Positions 7,641-15,428 of a DNA stretch of 19,861 bases are shown here, one piece after another. The stretch lies in the NCBI GenBank assembly GCA_035063585.1, contig JAPSGB010000063.1:1-19861 (forward strand). Direction: 5' to 3'. The DNA is from Polyangiaceae bacterium. GTDB lineage: Bacteria > Myxococcota_A > Polyangia > Polyangiales > Polyangiaceae. The notes below the pieces were generated by a model. It was not told the origin of the DNA and searched no databases. It saw only the letters and a program-made list of their open reading frames with translations. Made by a program: the position numbers and the translations under genes. Positions within the stretch are counted from its first letter, which is position 1; every line of letters begins with the position of its first letter.

Positions 7641-9494
7641 TCACGCTCTCCTTCGCCTGGCGCCGCCGCCTCGCGCAGGACGGCGCGCCGCGGCGAGCGC
7701 CACCGCCGCCGCGAAGAGCCCGGCGAGCGACCGCCCATCGCTCGGCGCGCCCGCCATCCGACACCCGCACGACCCCTCGTCAGAACCCACCGGCGAAGCC
7801 GTGCCCGAGTCGGCGCCCGAGCTCGTCGCCGAGTCCGCTGGAGCATCCGACGCGGAGTCCTTGCCGGCCTCGACGCCCGCCTCTGCGCCGGCCTCGACGC
7901 CCGCCTCGACGCCCGCCTCCGCGCCGGCCTCCGCGCCGGCCTCGACGCCAGCCTCCACGCCCGCCTCCGCGACCACTACGCAGGCGCTCGCCACGCACCC
8001 ATGTCCGCTAGCGCAGTCTGCGTCCGACGCGCAGCTCGTCCGGCAAGCGTCCGCGCCGCACACGTACGCCCCACAGCTCACCTGCGCCCCCGCCTGACAG
8101 TTCCCCGCCCCGTCACACGTCGAGGCCGCCGTCGCCGTCCCGCCGGCGCAGCTCCCCGCCGCGCACGTCGTCCCCGCTGCCTTCGGCGAGTATTGGCAGC
8201 CGTTCACCGCGTCGCACCCCGCGGCGTCGTGACAGGCGTCGGGCGCGGCGCACGTGATCGCCGCCCCCGCGCACGCGCCTGCCTGGCACGTGTCCCCTCC
8301 CGTGCAGGCGTCACCGTCATCGCACGTCGCGCCGTCCGCGCGCGCGCTCCACCCGGTCGTCGCGCTCGCCGGCGCGCACTCCTCGCACCCGTTCGCCGGA
8401 TTCACCGCCCCGGCTGCGAATAGCGCGCCGCCGATGAAGCACCCGCTCTGGCAGCTCCCCGCCCCGCACACCATCCCCGCCCCGCAGCCCGTCCCGTCCG
8501 CGCTGGGCTCCCCGCCGCACGTGCCGCTCGCGCAGTCGTCGTTCTGCGTGCACGCGTCGCCGTCGTCGCAGGGCCCGGTGTAGGCGCTCCACTCCGTCGC
8601 GCCGACCGGCACGAAGTCATAGCCACCACCAGCGGTCGCTTCCCAATGGACGTCGCACGACTGGCACGGGTTGGCCGGGTTGCGCGCACCCTTGGCGTAC
8701 GATTGCCCGTCGATGACACACGAGTCGTGGCGGCACGCGCCCGCATCATCGCAAACTCCCCGACACGCCTCCGACGGGACCCCCCGGCAGGCCTCGCTCA
8801 GCTCGACACACCGGCTGCCGGCGGGCCGCGGGCTCCACGCCGACGTCGAGAGCTCCGGCACGCACATCCCCCAGTCGCACGGCACCGTCTCAGCCAAGGA
8901 CCATTCGCTAGTCCCGACTGCGACGGGGCACTTCACGCAGGTCCCGCCGTTGACGTCGGTCAGAAATTGAGCGGCGACCTTGGCGGCGCCGTCGAGCGGC
9001 GTCGAACCGCAGAAGTTGCGCATGCACGGCGGGTCGACGCAGTACGGGCAACCGGTGCAAGCGCGGCCATTGGCCATGAAGGTGGTCGTCGCGATCCTTT
9101 GGCAGGTGGCAGGGAGGACGGGCGGGCACGAGAGGATCCACGGGCACCCGGCTTGCGCCGGCGGGTCCGCCGGCGGCTTCAGCGCGCCGCCCGCGTAAAA
9201 CGCGCCATCGATGTAGCAGCCCGTCTGGCACGCCCCGCCGCTACACACCTGCCCCGCGCCGCAGCTCGTCCCGTCGGGAGCCGCCGCGCAGCCCCCCGCT
9301 TCCCCACCGTCCGCAGCGCCCTCGGCTGCTCCGGCGTCCGCCGCATCCCCCCCTTCGTCTCCGCCGTCCGGCGAAAGCGCTTGGCGCGCCCGGTCGGCCT
9401 GCTCGCTCGGCGCGGCCCCGTCGCTGGAGCAGCCGCCGGCGAACGTGAGGAGGAGGAGCAGCGGCGTCGCGAGGCGGAGAGAAGAGGAGGCCAT
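7641..9494 (-). CDS. Cys-rich repeat surface protein with N-terminal lipobox and C-terminal MYXO-CTERM-type sorting signal
   Basis: LLLLLTFAGG-C; repeated CxIxG..GAxNPAN.C..C..WS and CDDGDACT modules; C-terminal GSCGCR-spacer-hydrophobic helix-Arg cluster. Start could be ATG 9494 or GTG 9536. Confidence 0.85.
   Translation of the reverse strand: MASSSLRLATPLLLLLTFAGGCSSDGAAPSEQADRARQALSPDGGDEGGDAADAGAAEGAADGGEAGGCAAAPDGTSCGAGQVCSGGACQTGCYIDGAFYAGGALKPPADPPAQAGCPWILSCPPVLPATCQRIATTTFMANGRACTGCPYCVDPPCMRNFCGSTPLDGAAKVAAQFLTDVNGGTCVKCPVAVGTSEWSLAETVPCDWGMCVPELSTSAWSPRPAGSRCVELSEACRGVPSEACRGVCDDAGACRHDSCVIDGQSYAKGARNPANPCQSCDVHWEATAGGGYDFVPVGATEWSAYTGPCDDGDACTQNDDCASGTCGGEPSADGTGCGAGMVCGAGSCQSGCFIGGALFAAGAVNPANGCEECAPASATTGWSARADGATCDDGDACTGGDTCQAGACAGAAITCAAPDACHDAAGCDAVNGCQYSPKAAGTTCAAGSCAGGTATAASTCDGAGNCQAGAQVSCGAYVCGADACRTSCASDADCASGHGCVASACVVVAEAGVEAGVEAGAEAGAEAGVEAGVEAGAEAGVEAGKDSASDAPADSATSSGADSGTASPVGSDEGSCGCRMAGAPSDGRSLAGLFAAAVALAAARRPARGGGARRRRA
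7864..7970. repeat. Coding 12-bp tandem repeat, about 9 EAG(V/A) units
   Basis: gcctcgacgccc/gcctccgcgccg units translating to AEAGVEAGVEAGAEAGAEAGVEAGVEAGAEAGVEAG. Confidence 0.85.
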
Positions 9495-9703
9495 GATCGC
9501 GAGCCAAGCACGACGCCCCGGCGGCGGGGCTGACACACGTCAGGGGACGACACGCGGGGGGCGGCCCCGCCAGGGTGGCGAGGACGCCGATCTAGCGCCC
9601 GCCCGCGGCCGGTGTGTCGAGCGCCGCGCGCTGCGCGGGGCAGTGACCGCTCTCGAGCCACGAGGCCGTCTGCGCGAACGCGTCGCGCGCGGGCTCCGGA
9701 CGG

Positions 9704-11617
9704 CTACTCGAGCGCGCCGATCGCCCAGCTCGCCGGGCGCGGAGCGCCGAGCAGGTCGTAAGGGACGGCGTCGGGCACGCCGACGAGCGCCGCGCCCCGC
9801 AGCGGGCTCGCACCGGACGGCTTCAGCGCCGCGATCGCGCTCGAGCGCAAGAGGGGCATCGACGTCAGGTTCACGACGAGCGCCGTGAGCGCCGGATCGA
9901 CGCTCGGCGCCGTCGTCGAGTAGACTGAGTGGGGCCCCTCGGCGAGCGTCGGGCAGCCCTGGCTCGCGTCAGGCAGCGCGCGCGTGCCGTTCCACCAGTA
10001 GTTGCCGCCCAGCGTCAGCTCCGAGGTGGAGGTACCGCCCGATGGGTTGAGCGGGCACGGGATCGTCGGCCCCGGGCCGCTCCAGATCCCCTTCGGCGAG
10101 AGGAATGCGTTGTCCCCGGCGCGCACGCCGGACGTCGCGAGCGTGCGCCCGACCGGCGCTGGCGCGTTCGAGCCGATCCCCCAGCAGGTGTCGAAGTACA
10201 CGTAGTCGTTCGCCGAGGCGTCCCACGACACGCAGTCGCTGCCGGCGCCGTCGCCCGAGCCGAGCAGCATGCTGTCATGGATCCGCAGCGCATCCCCACC
10301 CGTGACGTTCCCCTGCGCCAGGCCGGGGACGACGTACGCCGTCGTGTAAAGGACGCTGTTTTGCACCGCCGAGCAGTCGCTGCAGCCGGAGAACTCGAGC
10401 GCCGCCTCGCGCGGATCGACGATCAGGTTGTTCCTCGCGACGACGCGCTTCGCCTCGTACGTGTAGAGTCCGTCGAGCGAGTCGTAGTAGACGGCGTCGG
10501 TGTTCTCGCCGCCGAGCTCGACGCGGCGCACGTCGTCGAACACGTTGGCCTCGTACAGGACGAACGCCGAGCCCCCCTTCGCCTCGAGCCCGAGCCCCCC
10601 GCCGGTGTGCGCGATCGTGTTGCCGCAGAACGCGGCCCGGTGGACGCCGACGTTGTCGATGCCGTGACGCGACGTCTGGCGGATCGTGGAGGCGACGACC
10701 CACACGTCCTCGGCCTGGTTGAACTTGATCCCATCCATGCTCTGCCCCTCGTCCCGGACGGCGTCCTCGGCCGCCGGATCGAAGATGTTCTGGATGGTGA
10801 CGCCGCGCACGACGATGTGATGCGCCGGGTCGAACTTGCCGTAGACCGCCGAGTCGAGCTCGCCGTTCGCCTTCAGCGCGCTCTTGCCTCCGTCGATGGC
10901 GGCCCCGGAGATGTGGATGCCGGCCTGCGCCTGCAGCGGCTGGGGGTTCGCGTGCGACGAGCCGTTCCAGGCGCCGACGGCGGCAGGGCCGATCGTGAGC
11001 CCCTCGAACGCGAGGTACGAGATGCCGACGAAGTTGATCCCGTGCCCGAGCGAGGTCGCGTTCGGCGTCGGGTCGGTCGCGACGATCCAGATGGGGGAGG
11101 TCGCCGTGCGGAGCACCCGCTGCACGTACACCTCGCCGCCGAGGTTGTCGGCGTAGTGCCCGGGCGCGAGGCGGATCCGCACCGGCTCGTTCGGGTGCAG
11201 GTCGCGCGCGGCGTAGATCGCGTCCCGCAGGCCCGCCGTGCCATCGCCGGGCGACATGTCGAGGTTCACCCACGCCGAGGGGGCGACCGTGTCGACAAAG
11301 AGCGGCTCGGAGCACGACGGCAGCTCCGAAGCTCCACCGCCGCCACCCGCGCCGGCCGACCCGCCTGCGCCGGCCGACCCACCCGCGCCGGCCGACCTGC
11401 CCGCGCCGGCCGACCCGCCCGCGCCCGCCGACCCGCCCGCGCCGGCCGACCCGCCCGCGCCCGCCGACCCGCCTGCGCCCGCCGACCCGCCTGCGCCGGC
11501 CGACCCACCCGCGCCGCTCGCCCCCTTCGAACCCGCGTCGCGCCCCGAGCAGCCGCCGAGCGCCGCCACCCCCGCCGCCATCGCCCCGACCGCCGTCACC
11601 CACGCAATGCGCTTCAT
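9704..11617 (-). CDS. Lipoprotein with Gly-rich linker and probable right-handed parallel beta-helix domain
   Basis: GGAGGAG RBS, MKRIAWV...AALGG-C, (AGGSAG)n linker, IRLAPGHY, beta-helix-like turns (DGIKFN, HGIDNVG, GNTI, EAKGGS..VLYEANVF, ARNNLI); 637 aa. Confidence 0.85.
   Translation of the reverse strand: MKRIAWVTAVGAMAAGVAALGGCSGRDAGSKGASGAGGSAGAGGSAGAGGSAGAGGSAGAGGSAGAGGSAGAGRSAGAGGSAGAGGSAGAGGGGGASELPSCSEPLFVDTVAPSAWVNLDMSPGDGTAGLRDAIYAARDLHPNEPVRIRLAPGHYADNLGGEVYVQRVLRTATSPIWIVATDPTPNATSLGHGINFVGISYLAFEGLTIGPAAVGAWNGSSHANPQPLQAQAGIHISGAAIDGGKSALKANGELDSAVYGKFDPAHHIVVRGVTIQNIFDPAAEDAVRDEGQSMDGIKFNQAEDVWVVASTIRQTSRHGIDNVGVHRAAFCGNTIAHTGGGLGLEAKGGSAFVLYEANVFDDVRRVELGGENTDAVYYDSLDGLYTYEAKRVVARNNLIVDPREAALEFSGCSDCSAVQNSVLYTTAYVVPGLAQGNVTGGDALRIHDSMLLGSGDGAGSDCVSWDASANDYVYFDTCWGIGSNAPAPVGRTLATSGVRAGDNAFLSPKGIWSGPGPTIPCPLNPSGGTSTSELTLGGNYWWNGTRALPDASQGCPTLAEGPHSVYSTTAPSVDPALTALVVNLTSMPLLRSSAIAALKPSGASPLRGAALVGVPDAVPYDLLGAPRPASWAIGALE
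11351..11512. repeat. Coding 18-bp tandem repeat x9 (AGGSAG)
   Basis: gcc(g/c)gccgacccgcc(c/t)gc x9; one unit encodes AGRSAG. Confidence 0.92.
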
Positions 11618-11653
11618 GGTCTTCTCCTCCAAGCCTGTCGTACGTCGCGCAGC

Positions 11654-11678
11654 TACGCGACCGCCTCGCACATCGTTC
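11654..11678 (-). promoter_or_regulatory. Possible ECF sigma promoter
   Basis: Minus strand GAAC-N17-CGTA ending 36 nt upstream of ATG 11617; fits the generic ECF AAC/CGT pattern. Confidence 0.35.
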
Positions 11679-11709
11679 GACACGAACCCCAGAGCGCGTC
11701 CCACCGTCG

Positions 11710-13539
11710 TCACTTCACGGCCTCGCCGAACGCGAGCTCTATCCTCTGCGTCTTGCCGTTCATCATCGGCACGCTCAGCACTCCGCCCCGTGAAGGCACG
11801 GCCGCGCACTGGATGCTCAGCCCCTGCTTCGTGGGCGGCACGCTGAGCTCGAAGTCGGCCGGCAGCCGTAGATCCCAGAGCCTCAGCTTGGTCGTCATGG
11901 ACCAGCCCGTGACGCGATCCATCGCCACCGTCGCGAACACGTCCCCTGCGCAGGCGACGCCGAGGCCGAGGTTGCGACCCTTCACGGCCGAAGGTGGCAC
12001 CAGATCGGCACCGGTCACGAGCACGGCGTACCCTCGCGAGCCGGTGTCGAGGAGCCACGAGAGCTCGAAGCTCGTGACGAAGCCGTCATCTGCGCCAACG
12101 GTCATGCTCGTGTTCCGCGAAGCGATGCGCACCGCGAGCGCGGCGGTGACGTCGCCCGACTTGCACGAGCACCCGTCGAGGTCGTGGAACGCGGACCGGT
12201 CGAGCGGCTCGGGCACCTGAGCGGGGGGAGCCGGGCTGTCGGCTGCGGCAGCGGACGCTGCGGCGCGTCCGTCCTCGGTGCTCGGGCTCTTGCGAGTGAA
12301 AGCGAACGTCAGGAACCCGACGAACACCGAGAGGATGGCTGCCATGCCGACCGCGTTGTTCCGTCGATTCTTGCGAGCCCGCACCTCCTCGGCAGCCTGG
12401 GCAGCTTGGGCTCCCCTGGCGGTCGCGACCGAGTCCGCTGTGTCGTCGTCGTCGTCGTCGTCGTCATCGTCATCGTCATCGTCATCGTCGTCGTCGTCGT
12501 CGTCATCTTCCTCCGGCGAGGTGCGGAGCTCCGAGTCCCCGTGGAAGAGCACCCACCAGGGTCGATGCGGTGGGGGCTGCCCGGTCACGCGCCAGTGGAG
12601 CTTGGCCGGGATGCTTGAAGCGGTGCGGCAATACGAGCAGACGACGAGGCTCGTCGAGGGGTCGGTGACGACGAGCGGCGCACTGCACGTTGGGCAGGTG
12701 AGCGCGACCGCGCCTCCGCCCGAGGACGTCGCGAGCCGGACGGGCGGGCGATCGGCGCGCAGGTCGTCCGCGATGACACCGATGACGTTGGCGGAGACGT
12801 CGCCCGCGACGTCGCTCAGGTTGCCCCGCACTCGATAGCGCACCTGCTCGTGGCATCGCGGGCAGGTCGCGTGTGTCGAAGTGGGGCCCGCGGCACCGAC
12901 CACGACGTCGAGCGGCACCTCGCACCGCTCGCAGAGCGGGACGCCCGGCGAGACCTTGATGTGCAGCGCGGCGGTCTTGAGCCCGCTCGCGTCGAGCACC
13001 GGGAACTCGAGCGTCGACTCGGCGGTCGTGAGCGACTGACCGATCTCGCTGTACCTGGAGTCGGCGACCGGCGGTCGGCGCCCAGGCGGCCCCGAGCAGT
13101 CCGCGACGTCGAGGGCCAAGAGGAGCGCCGAGTTCCACAGGCCCGCCATGAACGGTTGGACGAGTCCGCAGCGGCGGCACTCGACCTCGCCGTCGATATC
13201 GAGCCCGTCGAACGGCGAGCGCAGCCCGCAACTCCGGCAGACGAAATCGGCCTCGAGGACGCACGCCCAGTAGCCGCCGTCGGCGCGGGCCGGGACGATG
13301 TGCGGAGAGCTCAGCGATGTCTCACAGACTACACAGGAGCTCCGCGCGTTCGGCGCGATCACGCCGCATCGCGGGCACACCCGGCACGCGCCCGGTGGGA
13401 GCGGCCCGCGCGTCTGCGGCGGGCTCGGGGGCGGCGCGCCGGCGAGGCCCGGCGCGGCAGGCGGAGACGCCGCCGCGCCGCATTGGTTGCAAAATGGCCC
13501 CTCGCCAAGGAGCGGAGCGCCGCACGCCGTGCAGTTCAT
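11710..13539 (-). CDS. Single-pass membrane protein with five putative C4 zinc ribbons, poly-Asp tract and extracytoplasmic domain
   Basis: GAGGAGGGG RBS before MNCTACG; CxxC pairs CTAC/CNQC, CPRC/CVVC, CRSC/CRRC, CERC/CPRC, CPTC/CSYC; EE-D22; RARKNRR then TM AVGMAAILSVFVGFLTFAFT; 609 aa. Confidence 0.85.
   Translation of the reverse strand: MNCTACGAPLLGEGPFCNQCGAAASPPAAPGLAGAPPPSPPQTRGPLPPGACRVCPRCGVIAPNARSSCVVCETSLSSPHIVPARADGGYWACVLEADFVCRSCGLRSPFDGLDIDGEVECRRCGLVQPFMAGLWNSALLLALDVADCSGPPGRRPPVADSRYSEIGQSLTTAESTLEFPVLDASGLKTAALHIKVSPGVPLCERCEVPLDVVVGAAGPTSTHATCPRCHEQVRYRVRGNLSDVAGDVSANVIGVIADDLRADRPPVRLATSSGGGAVALTCPTCSAPLVVTDPSTSLVVCSYCRTASSIPAKLHWRVTGQPPPHRPWWVLFHGDSELRTSPEEDDDDDDDDDDDDDDDDDDDDDDTADSVATARGAQAAQAAEEVRARKNRRNNAVGMAAILSVFVGFLTFAFTRKSPSTEDGRAAASAAAADSPAPPAQVPEPLDRSAFHDLDGCSCKSGDVTAALAVRIASRNTSMTVGADDGFVTSFELSWLLDTGSRGYAVLVTGADLVPPSAVKGRNLGLGVACAGDVFATVAMDRVTGWSMTTKLRLWDLRLPADFELSVPPTKQGLSIQCAAVPSRGGVLSVPMMNGKTQRIELAFGEAVK
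12442..12507. repeat. Trinucleotide (GAC/GAT)22 repeat encoding 22 Asp
   Basis: 66 bp of gtc/atc triplets on the plus strand. Confidence 0.95.
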
Positions 13540-13731
13540 CCACCCCTCCTCGCCGAACGAAGAGGAGCCCGCGCCGGGCTGCGAGCGAGAGGGTTCCCCA
13601 TGCAGCACGCTTACACCCGACGCCCGGGACTTTACAGATCTTCGTTCGCGCGGACGGCGAGCGAGGTCGGCGCGAACGACTGAGAGGCGCCGCCGCGCGG
13701 GCTTCCCGGTCACACCGCGGCACGCGCCCCC

Positions 13732-13751
13732 CGAGCCGCGGTGGCGGCTCG
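13732..13751 (-). terminator. Hairpin immediately after the phosphatase stop
   Basis: cgagccgc-ggtg-gcggctcg, perfect 8-bp stem, 4 nt from the stop; no U-tract. Confidence 0.4.
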
Positions 13752-13755
13752 ACCG

Positions 13756-14421
13756 TCACCGGAAGAGCGAGCCCGCTCCCTCTCCCGAGCCGCCGCCCAT
13801 GAGCTCGATGGGCACGTGCCAGACGACCTCGCCAATGAAGACCCCGCGGCGCTCCCGCATGCGGACGCGGGTGGCGGTGCAGTTTCCCATGCGGACGATG
13901 CACACGCGCGGCACCGGCTCACAGATGAGCGACTTCAGGAGCTGGAAGTTGATGCCGCCGTGCCCGACGAGGAGCACCGTGTCGCCCGCCGCGCGGTGCG
14001 CGCCCTCGAGCCGCGTACGGAGCCGCGCCACGCGCGCTTGCACGTCGTCATAGCTCTCTCCTCCGAACTCCGCGAAGTCGCCGAGCCCGGCGAGCCCGCG
14101 ATCGAGGAAGGCCGGGTTCTTCGCGGTCATGTCCTCGCGCGACATCCCCTCCAGGCTGCCGGCGCCGATCTCCCGCAGCTCCTCGAGCGGCGTCGCGGGC
14201 GCGCGGCCCGTCACCGCCGCGATGATGGCGGCCGTCTCGCTCGCGCGACGGAGCGGCGAGCTGTACGCCGCGCTCCACTCGACGTTCTGCACCTCGAGCC
14301 ACGCGGCGAGGTGCCGCGCTTGCTCCTCGCCGCGCGGACTCAGCGGGAAATCGAGGTGACCCTGCATACGGCCCTGGCGGTTCCCCTCGCTCTCGCCGTG
14401 ACGAACCAGGATGAGGTGCAT
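13756..14421 (-). CDS. Histidine phosphatase (phosphoglycerate mutase superfamily)
   Basis: LILVRHGESEGN, SSPLRRA, LREIGAG, GGES, LLVGHGG; 221 aa. Confidence 0.93.
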   Translation of the reverse strand: MHLILVRHGESEGNRQGRMQGHLDFPLSPRGEEQARHLAAWLEVQNVEWSAAYSSPLRRASETAAIIAAVTGRAPATPLEELREIGAGSLEGMSREDMTAKNPAFLDRGLAGLGDFAEFGGESYDDVQARVARLRTRLEGAHRAAGDTVLLVGHGGINFQLLKSLICEPVPRVCIVRMGNCTATRVRMRERRGVFIGEVVWHVPIELMGGGSGEGAGSLFR

Positions 14422-14465
14422 CGCGCCTCGCTATAGCGAACGCGCGCCTCGCGGTCGACCGCGAC

Positions 14466-15233
14466 TCACCACGAGGCCGGATCGAGCTCGACCGGCAGCG
14501 CGCGGAAGGTCGCGGCGGTGCCGGTGCAGGTGAAGCCGTCGGCGCGCGGCACGCAGCGCGCGCCGACCAGCTCGGTCGCGCCGACCCGCCCGGCCGCGAT
14601 CCGCAGGCCGCCGCGCACGCTCGCCTCGGTGCACCCGCGCGGGCAGCGCGCGACGATGGCTCCGAGCACGACGTGGCTCGCCGGCAGCTCGGCGAGCTCG
14701 CGCACCAAGTCGGCGCGCCGCTTCGGCCCGGCCGCGCCCTCCCCCGACGGCGTGAACGCGACGAACACCCGCCAGGCCTCCGAGGCCGAGGGTTCGGGTT
14801 GCCGGTCCGGCGCGGAGCCCCGCGGCGCGAGCGGGCGGCGCGCGAGCGTCTCGTCGGTCGGGCGCGCGACTCGCGCGCTGCAGCGCGCAGCGAGCCGCTC
14901 GGCGCCATGGCGCTGCACCGTGCAGCTCCGCGCGGCGAGCAGCTCGCCGCCCGCCGCCGCCGCCGCTTCGCGGAGCGCCTCCATGAGCCGCGCCTCCGAG
15001 CAATCGAGGTCGCTGAGGCGCACGCCACGCCTGCCGCCGCGGAGCTCGGTGAGCGCGCAGCTCGCGCTCACCTCGCCGAGCTCGCGGTAGCCGCGCGGGA
15101 CCGCCTCGACCTCACGAACCGCCTCGGCGGACGTCATCGCGGGCGCGCGCCGTCCGTCGAACCGCGCCGGTGCGCCGAACCCCGCGCAGCCGGCGAGGGT
15201 GAGACCGATGAGGGCGAGCCCGAGCGAGCGCAT
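14466..15233 (-). CDS. Lipoprotein with two Cys-containing RcsF/YbjQ-like repeats
   Basis: MRSLGLALIGLTLAG-C canonical lipobox; YRELGEVSASC...LREAAAAAGGELL...C and HVVLGAIVARC...LRIAAGRVGATELVGARC; 255 aa. Fold call is by pattern only. Confidence 0.75.
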   Translation of the reverse strand: MRSLGLALIGLTLAGCAGFGAPARFDGRRAPAMTSAEAVREVEAVPRGYRELGEVSASCALTELRGGRRGVRLSDLDCSEARLMEALREAAAAAGGELLAARSCTVQRHGAERLAARCSARVARPTDETLARRPLAPRGSAPDRQPEPSASEAWRVFVAFTPSGEGAAGPKRRADLVRELAELPASHVVLGAIVARCPRGCTEASVRGGLRIAAGRVGATELVGARCVPRADGFTCTGTAATFRALPVELDPASW

Positions 15234-15364
15234 CGCCCCGATTTGCCCACACGCCGGGCGCCGGAGCAAGCCGGGCGCGCCGCCGCGCCGCCGGCCGCGC
15301 CGAACCGGCCCCCTCGGTCCGCTCACCTGCTCGCACGCTCGCGAAGCGTCGTGGCCGGGCGAGC

Positions 15365-15398
15365 TATGTTCATATATGAACCATCACGCTCATATGTT
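15365..15398. promoter_or_regulatory. AT-rich palindromic operator-like site
   Basis: Perfect 14-bp palindrome GTTCATATATGAAC (15368-15381) overlapping ATATATGA-N10-TCATATGT (15372-15397). Confidence 0.6.
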
Positions 15399-15428
15399 GT
15401 CGGCCCGGCGCGGGACCGCTCGGCCCGC

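Noticed and set aside
4641..8423. 1260-aa plus-strand ORF
   Set aside because: Antisense shadow of the DUF790, helicase and MYXO-CTERM genes; Arg/Ala-rich with no motifs, as expected from stop-codon scarcity at high GC.
11351..11512. Tandem repeats as a possible CRISPR array (also 16872-17012 and 19583-19861)
   Set aside because: No unique spacers, unit lengths are multiples of 3, they encode Gly linkers in frame, and there are no cas genes.
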